This document shows, piece after piece, positions 1 to 9,335 of a stretch of 64,000 nt of DNA. Below the pieces are notes generated by a model. The model did no database searches. It was not told the DNA's origin and saw nothing but the letters and a program-made list of their open reading frames with translations. Each line of letters opens with the position of its first letter. Position 1 is the stretch's first letter. Source of the stretch: an uncultured delta proteobacterium (GTDB lineage Bacteria > Desulfobacterota > RBG-13-43-22); NCBI GenBank assembly GCA_963843145.1, contig CAWJJC010000017.1:32001-96000 (forward strand), written 5' to 3'. Position numbers and translations under genes: made by a program.

Positions 1-1
1 C

Positions 2-625
2 CCAGGCGGGATCACAACGCCAGGCAATCCGGCCGTCAGCCGTTTCGGCCGTCCCTTCTTCTACATAAGCCCTCAAGAAAGCTTCGTCCCAGCGGCTCAT
101 GGATGGTTTGCGCCGATAGGATTGAAAAATCGTCTCCCGGTCCGGCCAGACCCGCCGTCTTCCGGCCGCGCGGTAGGCGATCGGGACAAAACGAGCCGCG
201 CCCGTTTTTTTGGCCAGGTACCACCACCACATCCAAGAGAAGGGCAGTATGGTGGGATCGATCAATATGAGCGCGCGCACCAATTCCGGGTATTGCACCG
301 CCAGCATCAGGCTGACCGTCCCGCCCCGGGAGTGGCCCAGGGCCACCAGCGGACTCCCCTGCCTTCGAATGAAGGCCGCCAGATCCTCCGTGAATATCTT
401 CCAATTCTTTAATTTCCGAGGATCGGCCGGGACCGAGGTTTTCCCGTGGCCGCGGTCATCCAACCCCAACACCCTCAATTTGGCAGTCAACCTTTCGGCC
501 AGCGGAGTATAGACCCCGGCGCAGTAGCCGGTGGCGTGGGCCAGATGCAGCAGCGGCCCTTCACCCCCCCAGTCCAAGTAATGGAAGTCCCCGTCCACTC
601 CGGAAAAAAAATAATCGGTCGGCAA
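2..625 (-). CDS. alpha/beta hydrolase, runs off the left edge of the window
   Basis: Not in the ORF track. Manual translation from TTG 625 (AAGGAGG RBS upstream) gives FHYLDWGGEGPLLHLAHATG...LDDRGHG...GHSRGG (GxSxG nucleophile elbow)...LILIDP. Confidence 0.85.
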   Translation of the reverse strand, partial: MPTDYFFSGVDGDFHYLDWGGEGPLLHLAHATGYCAGVYTPLAERLTAKLRVLGLDDRGHGKTSVPADPRKLKNWKIFTEDLAAFIRRQGSPLVALGHSRGGTVSLMLAVQYPELVRALILIDPTILPFSWMWWWYLAKKTGAARFVPIAYRAAGRRRVWPDRETIFQSYRRKPSMSRWDEAFLRAYVEEGTAETADGRIAWRCDPAW

Positions 626-857
626 GAATCTGCCTCCTTGGTAAGAATATTCGGCCTGAGAAGGCCGTGGCTATCTTTCTGTAGCCCACAGGCAGCTTAT
701 GCCCTCGTACTTTATTCCATAACGCCTCATTTTTTTGAAAAGGTCAAGGCTGGATTTAAACCGGAGTTGACAACAAGAGTGGTCCATAATACATTACCAT
801 CCACAGCAATCGATATCAAAAGAAAGCGCCAAAACTATAAAAGTCCAGGGACCAAGG

Positions 858-2204
858 ATGCCGGACCGATCCACCAATAAAAAGGTTAAGGAACTCATCA
901 ACCTGCTGAAGGAAATCCGAAACTTAAAGGAACCTTCCCTTGACCTGCTCAAAAGATTTCAAGACCAATACGTCGTGGTGAACCGGGATGATCGGGGCTC
1001 CTTCTTTGAAACGCTGGTTTTGACTTTTCAAATCTCCAAAGATCAGATTGCCCCGAATCTGGAGTCCCTGCTGACCGAACCGGATGACCGATCCGACAAC
1101 TGGCAGCGGCAGATGGTCGAACTGCGCCGGAAAATCGACCCCCCTTATCGGCAGCTCTTTGCGCCCTTCCTGAATCTTCCTGGAGGCCTGAAATTTCTAT
1201 TGGACTTTCGGGTAGACCTGTTGGCCGCCCAGCGGCAAACTACCCTGAATCTGGAATACCTGGACGAAGACATCATCACCCTCTTTAACCTGCTGTTTCA
1301 ACAGGGTCTACTGGTCCTTCAGGAAATCACCCAGGATTCTCCTTTCCGTCAGATCCGGTTTTTAAAAGACCGCGACCTGGTCCATCCCATGGCCGATCTG
1401 GAAGAAATGGGCCGGCGTCTGGGAACCGACCGCCGCTGCTTTGCCCTTTATCATCGGGCGCTACCTCAGGAACCGGTGGTGTTTATCGAAGTGGCGCTGA
1501 CCCGGGGGTTGGCCCGGTCCATTGACGAAATCCTCGGCGAGGCGGCGGCCCTGGGCCGGCGCGTCAAGGCCCCTGACTCCGCGATCTTCTATTCCATCAA
1601 CAATACCCAGAATGGTCTAGCCGGACTGGGACTGGGGAAGGTCCTTATTTTCCAGGTCGTGGAGGCCTTGAAAAGAGACAACCCCGATATAAAAACGTAT
1701 GCCACCCTGAGTCCTGTCCCGGGTTTCTGGGAACGGTATTTAAAACCTTCCCTCCAAGGAGAACCGGTTCATTTTGCCCTTACCCCGGAACGTTTGATAA
1801 ACTTTTTCCCGGAAAAGCTTCGTCCTCAGATCTTGGACCAAGGTCGCCGGATTACCGGTCAGGAAACAGGCGATCTGCTGGAGGCACTCTATCAGGTGTT
1901 ACGCCGTACGGACTGGATTGAACAACAAGAATTTTCCAACCTAATCCGGAAACCCTTGAACGAGCTCGTCTACTTCTACCTGACCCAGGAAAAAAACAAA
2001 CGCGGACGCCCTTTGAATCCGGTAGCCAATTTTCATCTTGGCAACGGCGCCACGGTGAGCCCCAACCATATCAACTTCGGGGCCAACCGCTCCGCGAAAG
2101 GCCTGGCCGAATCCTGCGGTCTGATGGTGAATTACATCTACTCTCAATCCTGGCTGCAACAGATCGGCAGGACCATGAAGGCCCTGCTGCCCTGGAAGAT
2201 TTAG
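858..2204 (+). CDS. malonyl-CoA decarboxylase family protein
   Basis: Motifs DRRCFALYH, PVVFIEVAL, AIFYSINNTQ.GLAG, ATLSPVPGF, NPVANFHLGNGA and GLMVNY are characteristic of MCD. Confidence 0.9.
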   Translation: MPDRSTNKKVKELINLLKEIRNLKEPSLDLLKRFQDQYVVVNRDDRGSFFETLVLTFQISKDQIAPNLESLLTEPDDRSDNWQRQMVELRRKIDPPYRQLFAPFLNLPGGLKFLLDFRVDLLAAQRQTTLNLEYLDEDIITLFNLLFQQGLLVLQEITQDSPFRQIRFLKDRDLVHPMADLEEMGRRLGTDRRCFALYHRALPQEPVVFIEVALTRGLARSIDEILGEAAALGRRVKAPDSAIFYSINNTQNGLAGLGLGKVLIFQVVEALKRDNPDIKTYATLSPVPGFWERYLKPSLQGEPVHFALTPERLINFFPEKLRPQILDQGRRITGQETGDLLEALYQVLRRTDWIEQQEFSNLIRKPLNELVYFYLTQEKNKRGRPLNPVANFHLGNGATVSPNHINFGANRSAKGLAESCGLMVNYIYSQSWLQQIGRTMKALLPWKI

Positions 2205-2260
2205 TTGCTTCCATCATATAGTCTGAGAATTTATCCTAACAATTAAACAAGAAAATCTCT

Positions 2261-2398
2261 AAATCCGAAATTCGAAGCACGAAATCCAAAACAAGCACGA
2301 AAGTTCAAAATCCAAATGGCCGAAACAAAAACGTTTTTAATTTTGAAATTTGATCATTTGAATTTGTTTCGGATTTCGAAATTCGGGTTTCGGGTTTG
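2261..2398. repeat. intergenic palindromic element with heptamer-period arms (family A), empty copy
   Basis: AAATCCGAAATTCGAAGCACGAAATCC...TTTGTTTCGGATTTCGAAATTCGGGTTTCGGGTTT; related copies at 34282, 35846, 60324, 61767 and 63134. Confidence 0.85.
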
Positions 2399-2408
2399 AA
2401 CAAAAAAA

Positions 2409-3224
2409 ATGCAGGAGGCCTCAATGACCATGTCAATCCCCACCTTGGAAACACTTGCTTTTAGGGAAATCGAACCGCAGATCGGGCTGGTGACCTTGAA
2501 TCGTCCGGACCGGCTGAACGCCATCAACGACCGCATGCTTGATGACTTCGATGAGCTGCTGCGACATCTCGACCGGGAGGATGCCATCCGCGTGCTTCTG
2601 ATCAGCGGTGCCGGACGCGGATTTTGCGCCGGAGCCGACCTGAAAGAAGTCGCCACCCGGGCGCAAACCGAGTCCTTTGCCGATCCCGAGTCCTTTCTGA
2701 GACTGGTGCAGGAAAAATATTCGGGATTGGTGTCGAAATTGCGGGGCCTCCGACAGCCGGTGATCGCCGCGGTAAACGGGGCCGCGGCCGGCGGCGGGAT
2801 GGCCATCGCCCTGGCCGCCGACATCCGGATCTGCGCCCCCGAAGCCTATTTCGTGGCTTCCTTTATCAACATTGGGTTGTCGGGCGGGGAGATGGGCAGC
2901 TCCTTCCTGCTGCCTCGGATGGTCGGAATTTCCAGAGCGGCGGACATCCTGCTCACCGGTCGGAAGGTTTTCGGCGAGGAGGCCGAAAGGATCGGGCTGG
3001 TCAGTCAGGTGGCCCCCGCCGAGAAACTGCTGGAGTCCGCCCTGTCCTATGCCCGAATGATGACCGCCAAGACCGTGGGCGGCCTCAAGTTAACCAAACG
3101 GGCTCTCGAACAAAACCTAACGGCGGCCTCCCTGGATTCCGCCCTGAACCTCGAAAACCGCAACCAGGCCATCATGGTTTTTTCGGGGGAGTTTCGGAGG
3201 ATGATCGGAGCATTTGTCGGATAA
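2409..3224 (+). CDS. enoyl-CoA hydratase/isomerase (crotonase) family
   Basis: VTLNRPDRLNA, GRGFCAGADL, PVIAAVNGAAAGGG, AERIGLVS. The start may be the downstream ATG (2424 or 2430) after GGAGG. Confidence 0.92.
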   Translation: MQEASMTMSIPTLETLAFREIEPQIGLVTLNRPDRLNAINDRMLDDFDELLRHLDREDAIRVLLISGAGRGFCAGADLKEVATRAQTESFADPESFLRLVQEKYSGLVSKLRGLRQPVIAAVNGAAAGGGMAIALAADIRICAPEAYFVASFINIGLSGGEMGSSFLLPRMVGISRAADILLTGRKVFGEEAERIGLVSQVAPAEKLLESALSYARMMTAKTVGGLKLTKRALEQNLTAASLDSALNLENRNQAIMVFSGEFRRMIGAFVG

Positions 3225-3295
3225 AAGGCGTACCTCGAGCATCCTCCTTATTTTGCGGCCGCTGGCGAAGCAGGCTTGCTCAACCCCTGAAAGCC

Positions 3296-3325
3296 TTGAC
3301 ACTTTTCGGTCTATTCAGCTAGACT
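3296..3325 (+). promoter_or_regulatory. putative sigma70 promoter of ndk-thiL
   Basis: TTGACA-N18-TAGACT, about 40 bp before the ndk start, which has an AAGGAG RBS. Confidence 0.4.
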
Positions 3326-3363
3326 CATCTCAAAGAAGGTAAACCTCAGTAAAGGAGATCCAC

Positions 3364-3780
3364 ATGGAACGAACCTTATCCATCATCAAGCCGGACGGCG
3401 TGGCCAAAGGGCTCATCGGGGAAGTGCTTAAACGGTTTGAAGCAAACGGCCTGAAGATCGTGGCCCTGAAAATGATCCAAATGTCCAAAACCCAGGCCCA
3501 AGGTTTTTACGCGGTCCATCGGGAACGTCCTTTTTTTGAGAGTCTGACCGACTTCATGTCTTCCGGACCCTGTGTAGTGCTAATCCTGGAGGGCGAAGGG
3601 GCCATCGAGAAAAACCGCCGCTTAATGGGCGCTACGGACTTTAAAAAAGCCGACCCCGGGACCATCCGGGCCGATTTTGCCGGCAGTATCGAGCAAAATA
3701 TCGTCCACGGCTCCGACGCTCCGGAGACGGCCCAATATGAAATGGGCTATTTTTTCAACGCCCTGGAGATGGTAGGCTAA
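3364..3780 (+). CDS. ndk: nucleoside diphosphate kinase
   Basis: [19 protein letters not shown] and NIVHGSD (catalytic His). Confidence 0.98.
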   Translation: MERTLSIIKPDGVAKGLIGEVLKRFEANGLKIVALKMIQMSKTQAQGFYAVHRERPFFESLTDFMSSGPCVVLILEGEGAIEKNRRLMGATDFKKADPGTIRADFAGSIEQNIVHGSDAPETAQYEMGYFFNALEMVG

Positions 3781-4782
3781 TTGAACGAATCAGCAATTAT
3801 CAACCTTTTCCGAAAGGCTTTTGGTCACCCCTTCCCTGGAATGATCCAGGGCATCGGTGATGACTGCGCAGTCCTCCGGACCGCAGGCCCACCCTGGCTG
3901 GTCACCACCGATGCCCTGGTGGAAGGGGTCCACTTTCGTCTGGAAACCAACCCGCCCTTCCGTCTAGGGAAAAAGTGTCTGGCCGTTAACCTGAGTGACA
4001 TCGCCGCCATGGGGGGGATTCCCCGCTTTGCCTTTTTAAATCTGGGGTTGCCCAGGCCGGTTCCCCGGGGTTTTCTCACTCCCTTTGTCAAAGGACTTAA
4101 GGAAAAGGCGGAAAAATTCTCCGTGGCCCTGGCCGGGGGAGACACCCACCAGTCAACGTCGGGAATCTCCATTGGCCTGACCGTCATCGGAGAAGCTGAC
4201 GGCGCTATTGCCTACCGTTCCGGGGCCCAAGTAGGCGACCGCCTTTACGTCAGCGACACCTTGGGTCAATCCGCGGCGGGATTCAAGCTGCTGACGAAAT
4301 TCCAAAAGAAACCGGCGCCATTAAGACCAAGGGACTGGCGCGAACTTCTTCAAGCCCATCAGGACCCGGAGCCCCAAATCGCCTTAGGCCATTTTTTAGT
4401 CCGCCAAAGATTGGTGAGCGCCATGATTGATCTCTCCGATGGGCTGGCTTCCGACCTCCGGCATATGTGCCGGGCCAGCGGGGTAGGCGCCATACTGGAC
4501 GCGGACCAAATACCCCTCTCCCCGGCCCTCAGGGCCGCCGCCGACCTGCTAAAAACCTCTCCGCTTCAGTTGGCCTTGACGGGCGGCGAGGATTATCAGT
4601 TGCTCTTTTCCGTCCCGAAGGACCGGGTGGAAAAGATGGAAACCCGGGTATTAAAACAATTTAGGCGCCCGGCATACCCGATCGGGGAAATCATTTCCGG
4701 CCAAAAAATATTTATCAAATTTTCCAAAAGAGTCCGAATTCTGAAAGAAACCGGGTTCGACCACTTCAACCCGTTCGCTTGA
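3781..4782 (+). CDS. thiL: thiamine-phosphate kinase
   Basis: GIGDDCA, TTDALVEGVHF, NLSDIAAMGG, GGDT, DLSDGL, GGEDYQLLF. Confidence 0.96.
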   Translation: MNESAIINLFRKAFGHPFPGMIQGIGDDCAVLRTAGPPWLVTTDALVEGVHFRLETNPPFRLGKKCLAVNLSDIAAMGGIPRFAFLNLGLPRPVPRGFLTPFVKGLKEKAEKFSVALAGGDTHQSTSGISIGLTVIGEADGAIAYRSGAQVGDRLYVSDTLGQSAAGFKLLTKFQKKPAPLRPRDWRELLQAHQDPEPQIALGHFLVRQRLVSAMIDLSDGLASDLRHMCRASGVGAILDADQIPLSPALRAAADLLKTSPLQLALTGGEDYQLLFSVPKDRVEKMETRVLKQFRRPAYPIGEIISGQKIFIKFSKRVRILKETGFDHFNPFA

Positions 4783-4843
4783 TTAGAGGCTTATTTCGTT
4801 CTGAAAATTTATCTCTAACCTCTTCTTTCGAGTTTGAACTAAA

Positions 4844-5827
4844 ATGAAGGTATCACGAATGCACCTACCCAAAAACGGGCTTTTTTTCTGGCCCTTGATT
4901 TGCGTAACAGCCCTGCTTTTTCCGCTTTCCCTGGAGGCCCAGCAGCCTTACTACAGCTTTCCGACCAACCTGACCCTGTGCGGGGAACCGGTACCGCTGC
5001 AGGACCGCAAAATCTGGGAAATGATGGACCGGGAATTTACTATGGCCGTTTATGACCGGGCGCAGGTTTTCCTTTGGCTCAAACGCAGCAGCCGTTTTTT
5101 TCCTTTTATCGAAAACCAATTGAAGGCCAAAGGGATGCCGGACGACCTGAAATACCTCCTGGTTGCCGAAAGCGCCATGCGCCCCGTGGTCTTTTCCAAC
5201 AAGGGAGCGGCCGGTCACTGGCAATTTATGGAGAAAACCGGCAAACGTTTTAATCTGCGTAAGAATCCCCAAATTGACGAACGATTGGACCTGGCCAAAT
5301 CCACCGAAGCGGCCCTGTCTTATCTGAAATCGCTCTATAATCTCTTCGGCAAATGGAATCTGGCCATGGCGGCCTACAATTGCGGAGAAGAACGGGTCAA
5401 GGAAGAAATCAGCCAGCAGGGAGAAACCGATTATTACCGTCTGGATTTGCCCCAGGAAACCGAACGCTATATTTTCCGCATTCTAACGGCCAAAGTCCTT
5501 TTAAGCGACCCGGCGAGTTATGGCTACCAACTGCCGGATGGGTCTGGCTATCCCCCTGAAGCCTTTGATCTGGTCACCTTTCAATTGCCCTACCCGGTTC
5601 ACCTCCGAGATTTAGCCCGCGGTTGCGGATCGTTTTATAAGGAACTCAAGGAATTGAATGTGGAACTGAGGGGCTATACCCTGTCGGCCGGAATCCATCA
5701 ATTAAAAATTCCACCAGGGAAATCAGTAAATTGTGAAAGAAACCTCAAGGACTGGATAAAAAGTCCAAGAGGCCTCCCCCCTCTTCCCGCTGAAGGTTTG
5801 ACCCCGGTTGATCCTCCCAGTCAATAA
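4844..5827 (+). CDS. lytic transglycosylase (SLT/MltD-like), exported
   Basis: Signal-peptide-like N-terminus; AES catalytic Glu, GAAGHWQFM, AAYNCGE, ETERY. Confidence 0.9.
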   Translation: MKVSRMHLPKNGLFFWPLICVTALLFPLSLEAQQPYYSFPTNLTLCGEPVPLQDRKIWEMMDREFTMAVYDRAQVFLWLKRSSRFFPFIENQLKAKGMPDDLKYLLVAESAMRPVVFSNKGAAGHWQFMEKTGKRFNLRKNPQIDERLDLAKSTEAALSYLKSLYNLFGKWNLAMAAYNCGEERVKEEISQQGETDYYRLDLPQETERYIFRILTAKVLLSDPASYGYQLPDGSGYPPEAFDLVTFQLPYPVHLRDLARGCGSFYKELKELNVELRGYTLSAGIHQLKIPPGKSVNCERNLKDWIKSPRGLPPLPAEGLTPVDPPSQ

Positions 5828-5933
5828 ACCCCCCAAAAATATTTAGATATTAAGGAAGTATAATTTATTTGACACCCCACATCTTGTATAGTAAAGAGAT
5901 ATCAGGTACAAGATAAAGGAAGGGGAACCCGTT

Positions 5934-6119
5934 ATGGAGGAAAAAGCTCGGGAGTGGATGCCTTGCCTGAACCTGAAAATGCCTGACCCCCAATGCCAGC
6001 ATTGTCTTTGGCTGGAATTGAGCCCTAAGACCTTACACTGCAACAATCGGCACAAGGTAATCTGTACCCTTTATGTGGATGAAGTTTTTGGCGCCCTAAG
6101 TACCAAGTCCGTCAATTGA
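5934..6119 (+). CDS. small Cys-rich hypothetical protein
   Basis: 61 aa with five Cys including CQHC, purine-rich RBS (AAGGAAGGGG) and a hairpin immediately downstream. Confidence 0.6.
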   Translation: MEEKAREWMPCLNLKMPDPQCQHCLWLELSPKTLHCNNRHKVICTLYVDEVFGALSTKSVN

Positions 6120-6128
6120 TTCAGTAAG

Positions 6129-6174
6129 GGGGAGAAATGGCCCCTTGAAGGTCCCCGGGCCATTGTTCTCCCCT
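6129..6174 (+). terminator. hairpin after the small Cys-rich ORF
   Basis: GGGGAGAAATGGCCC...GGGCCATTGTTCTCCCC inverted repeat; weak U-tract. Confidence 0.45.
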
Positions 6175-6215
6175 CCTATGGCTTTTCAATGGCTTTTCCC
6201 TTCCGGATAATATAA

Positions 6216-6362
6216 TTTATTGAATATTTCCATTTTTATATGGCCATCGTCCCCCGACTGACCAAAGCCGCGGGTTTTGAACTGGGCTCCGGGATGTATA
6301 TCAATACCCAGTTGCCGGAAAAGGACGCCGAATTTTTGAGGGGGGTGCGGATACCCGCTTAA
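6216..6362 (+). pseudogene. C-terminal remnant of galactose-1-phosphate uridylyltransferase (GalT family)
   Basis: Manual translation FIEYFHFYMAIVPRLTKAAGFELGSGMYINTQLPEKDAEFLR* matches the GalT C-terminal PRLT.AGFE.G.G.YIN...PE..A.FLR signature; an in-frame TAA lies directly upstream. Confidence 0.8.
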
Positions 6363-6566
6363 GCAGAGCACAATCTAAAACAACCCGTCTTCCAGTTTTG
6401 TTGACCGAGGCCGCTGAGGAGGCAGGAGATTTAAATCAATGGCTGACAAACCAGAGGCTTCAGTCCAAACCCAAAGCCCTCGTTCTGGCCGAGGACCTTA
6501 AGCGTGTTAGTTTCGGCCTGTAAGGAAATCCTTCATTAGCTTCTTGTTTTTTCTTACTTTTTCTCC

Positions 6567-6595
6567 TTGACTCCGCACTTCGCTGATTTTATATT
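6567..6595 (+). promoter_or_regulatory. putative sigma70 promoter of glgP
   Basis: TTGACT-N17-TATATT, about 30 bp upstream of the ATG. Confidence 0.5.
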
Positions 6596-6626
6596 CATTT
6601 CAATTTAAGGAAGTTCCCAAGCAAGC

Positions 6627-9140
6627 ATGAAACAAAAAACTGATAACCCCGTTTCCTTTAATCCGTCTGAACCCGAGGATATCCGTTCCGGACTGAGCCC
6701 TTCCACGATCGCCCAGGCTTTTTCCGACAATCTGGCCTATCTCTGCGCTCGATTTCCTGAGGTTGCCACCCTCAACGACAGATATGTGGCCTTGGCCTAC
6801 TCAGTCCGCGACCGTCTTCTGCATCGCTGGATCAATACCGCCCGTACTTATTATCAACTGCGCAGCCGATCGGTGTGTTACCTCTCCGCTGAGTTTTTAA
6901 TGGGGCCGCAATTGGGCAACAACCTGGTGAACTTGGGTATCTATGATCAAGTAAGGGAAGCCATGGAGCAATTGGGTCTGGATTTGGACGAATTGCTGGA
7001 ACAGGAGGGGGAACCTGGGTTGGGCAACGGCGGCCTCGGACGCCTGGCTGCCTGCTTTTTGGACTCCCTGGCCACCTTGCAGATCCCATCCATCGGGTAC
7101 GGCATCCGCTATGAGTTTGGAATCTTCGACCAGGCTCTCCGGGACGGCTGGCAGGTCGAGGTCACGGATAAATGGCTGCGGCTGGGCAACCCTTGGGAAA
7201 TCGCCCGACCGGAAATAATCTTTGACATCAAACTGGGCGGACGCACCGAGACCTACAACGAAGGCGGCAGAAACCGCGTTCGCTGGATTCCCGATCGCGT
7301 GGTCAAAGGGATGGCCTACGACACGCCTGTCCTCGGGTATGGCGGGAACACCGTGAACCTACTGCGCTTGTGGAAAGCCGAAGCGGCTGAGTCCTTCGAT
7401 TTCCAGGCCTTCAATACCGGGGATTACTTCAGGGCCGTCATGGAAAAGGTGGTCTCCGAGAACATCACCAAGGTGTTATATCCGAACGACGAATCCCTTC
7501 AAGGCAAGGAACTCCGCCTTCAGCAACAGTACTTTTTCGCCTCCTGCGCCCTACAAGATATGATCCGTATGTATCTGCAACGGACCAGTTCCCTGGACCA
7601 ACTGCCCGAGCGGTGGGTCGTGCAACTTAACGACACGCATCCGTCCATCGCCGTGGCCGAACTCATGCGCCTGCTGATTGACGAGCACGCCCTGCCCTGG
7701 GAACAGGCCTGGCAGATTACTCAGCAAACGATGGGTTACACCAATCACACCTTATTGCCTGAGGCGCTGGAGCGTTGGCCCCTCCCGCTCTTCGGCAGCC
7801 TGCTGCCCCGTCACCTTGAGATTATCTATGAAATCAACCAAAGGTTTTTAGACCAGGTCCGGCTTCGCTTTCCCGGAGATGAGGCCCGGGTAGCCCGCAT
7901 GTCGCTGATCGACGAGCAGGGTCCCCGTTTTGTGCGTATGGCTAATCTGGCGGTCGTTGGCAGTCATTCCGTCAACGGTGTGGCCAAACTGCATACGGAT
8001 CTGCTCAAATCCGGTGTCCTGCGCGACTTCGTGGAGTTTTCACCGGAGAAGTTCACCAATGTGACCAACGGTGTGACTCCGCGACGTTTTCTACTGCTCA
8101 GCAACCCCGGTCTGGCCAAGCTGATCACCCGCCGAATCGGAAACCAGTGGGTCAAACATCTTGAGGAACTCCGGCAACTTGAGGGGGCCGCTGAGGATCC
8201 TTCCTTCCGCCGGGAATGGAGGGAGATCAAACTCCAAAACAAACAAGGCCTGGCCGCCTTGATACTGCGCCTCACAGGGCTGGTCATCAATCCTGACACC
8301 CTTTTCGATATCCAGGCCAAGCGGATCCACGAATACAAGCGGCAACACCTGAACCTCCTTCACATTCTCACCCTCTATAACCGGTTGAGGCAAGCACCGG
8401 ATATTGACCTGTCGCCGCGTACCTTTATTTTCGGTGGCAAGGCCGCGCCCGGCTACGCCATGGCCAAACTGATGATCAAATTGATCACCTCCGTAGCTGA
8501 AACGGTAAATCAAGATCCGCTGATCAAGGGTCGATTAAAGGTGATCTTCCTGCCCAACTTCAATGTTAAAAACGCCCAGAGGATCTATCCGGCGGCCGAC
8601 CTTTCGGAGCAGATTTCCACCGCCGGGATGGAGGCCTCCGGTACCGGTAACATGAAATTCGCGATGAATGGGGCCCTGACTATTGGCACACTGGACGGGG
8701 CGAACATCGAAATCCGCAACGAGGTGGGTCATGAAAATTTCTTTCTCTTTGGTTTGACCGCCGCCGAGGTGGACCAGGTAAAATCCCATGGTTATCGAGC
8801 GCGCGACTATTATGAGGCGGACCATCAACTCCAAGAGGTCCTTGATCTGATCAACTCCGGTTATTTCTCCCCTCAGAATCCCGGGTTGTTCCATCCGCTG
8901 GTGAACGCGCTCTTGGACCACGACGAATTCCTGCTCCTGGCCGATTACCGCTCGTACATCGACTGTCAGGAGAGGGTTAGCCTGGCCTATAAAAACAGGG
9001 AGGACTGGACACGCAGGTCCATCCTCAATGTCGCTCGTATCGGCTATTTTTCCTCCGACCGATCCATCCGGGAATACTGCGAGCGCATTTGGAAGACTTC
9101 CCCGGTTTCCAGCAAACTCGGTGACTCGCAGGCCGGTTAA
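6627..9140 (+). CDS. glgP: glycogen/maltodextrin phosphorylase
   Basis: GLGNGGLGRLAACF, YTNHTLLPEALE, KRIHEYKRQ and EASGTGNMKFAMNG (PLP lysine). Confidence 0.97.
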   Translation: MKQKTDNPVSFNPSEPEDIRSGLSPSTIAQAFSDNLAYLCARFPEVATLNDRYVALAYSVRDRLLHRWINTARTYYQLRSRSVCYLSAEFLMGPQLGNNLVNLGIYDQVREAMEQLGLDLDELLEQEGEPGLGNGGLGRLAACFLDSLATLQIPSIGYGIRYEFGIFDQALRDGWQVEVTDKWLRLGNPWEIARPEIIFDIKLGGRTETYNEGGRNRVRWIPDRVVKGMAYDTPVLGYGGNTVNLLRLWKAEAAESFDFQAFNTGDYFRAVMEKVVSENITKVLYPNDESLQGKELRLQQQYFFASCALQDMIRMYLQRTSSLDQLPERWVVQLNDTHPSIAVAELMRLLIDEHALPWEQAWQITQQTMGYTNHTLLPEALERWPLPLFGSLLPRHLEIIYEINQRFLDQVRLRFPGDEARVARMSLIDEQGPRFVRMANLAVVGSHSVNGVAKLHTDLLKSGVLRDFVEFSPEKFTNVTNGVTPRRFLLLSNPGLAKLITRRIGNQWVKHLEELRQLEGAAEDPSFRREWREIKLQNKQGLAALILRLTGLVINPDTLFDIQAKRIHEYKRQHLNLLHILTLYNRLRQAPDIDLSPRTFIFGGKAAPGYAMAKLMIKLITSVAETVNQDPLIKGRLKVIFLPNFNVKNAQRIYPAADLSEQISTAGMEASGTGNMKFAMNGALTIGTLDGANIEIRNEVGHENFFLFGLTAAEVDQVKSHGYRARDYYEADHQLQEVLDLINSGYFSPQNPGLFHPLVNALLDHDEFLLLADYRSYIDCQERVSLAYKNREDWTRRSILNVARIGYFSSDRSIREYCERIWKTSPVSSKLGDSQAG

Positions 9141-9335
9141 AAAATCTAGCGAAATTTTTAAGTTTTGGAGGTCCAAGAAACTGGGGACACCCTATACAGC
9201 AAATGAAGCTCCGGCTACCTGCCGCAGCGAAATTTGGCCGACCAATCCCGGAGCCGAAGGACCAACGTCTCCAGTATACTTAAGCTTAGGTCATCTTTAG
9301 CCTGTAGTGCGACCCATCATAAATCGAGTCCCCAG

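Noticed and set aside
2261-2398. CRISPR array in the heptamer-repeat regions
   Set aside because: There are no 25-40 bp direct repeats with unique spacers at regular period, and no cas genes.
6117-6216. Readthrough of the small Cys-rich ORF TGA into the GalT remnant (same frame)
   Set aside because: An in-frame TAA at 6213 intervenes and the intervening sequence is a terminator-like hairpin.
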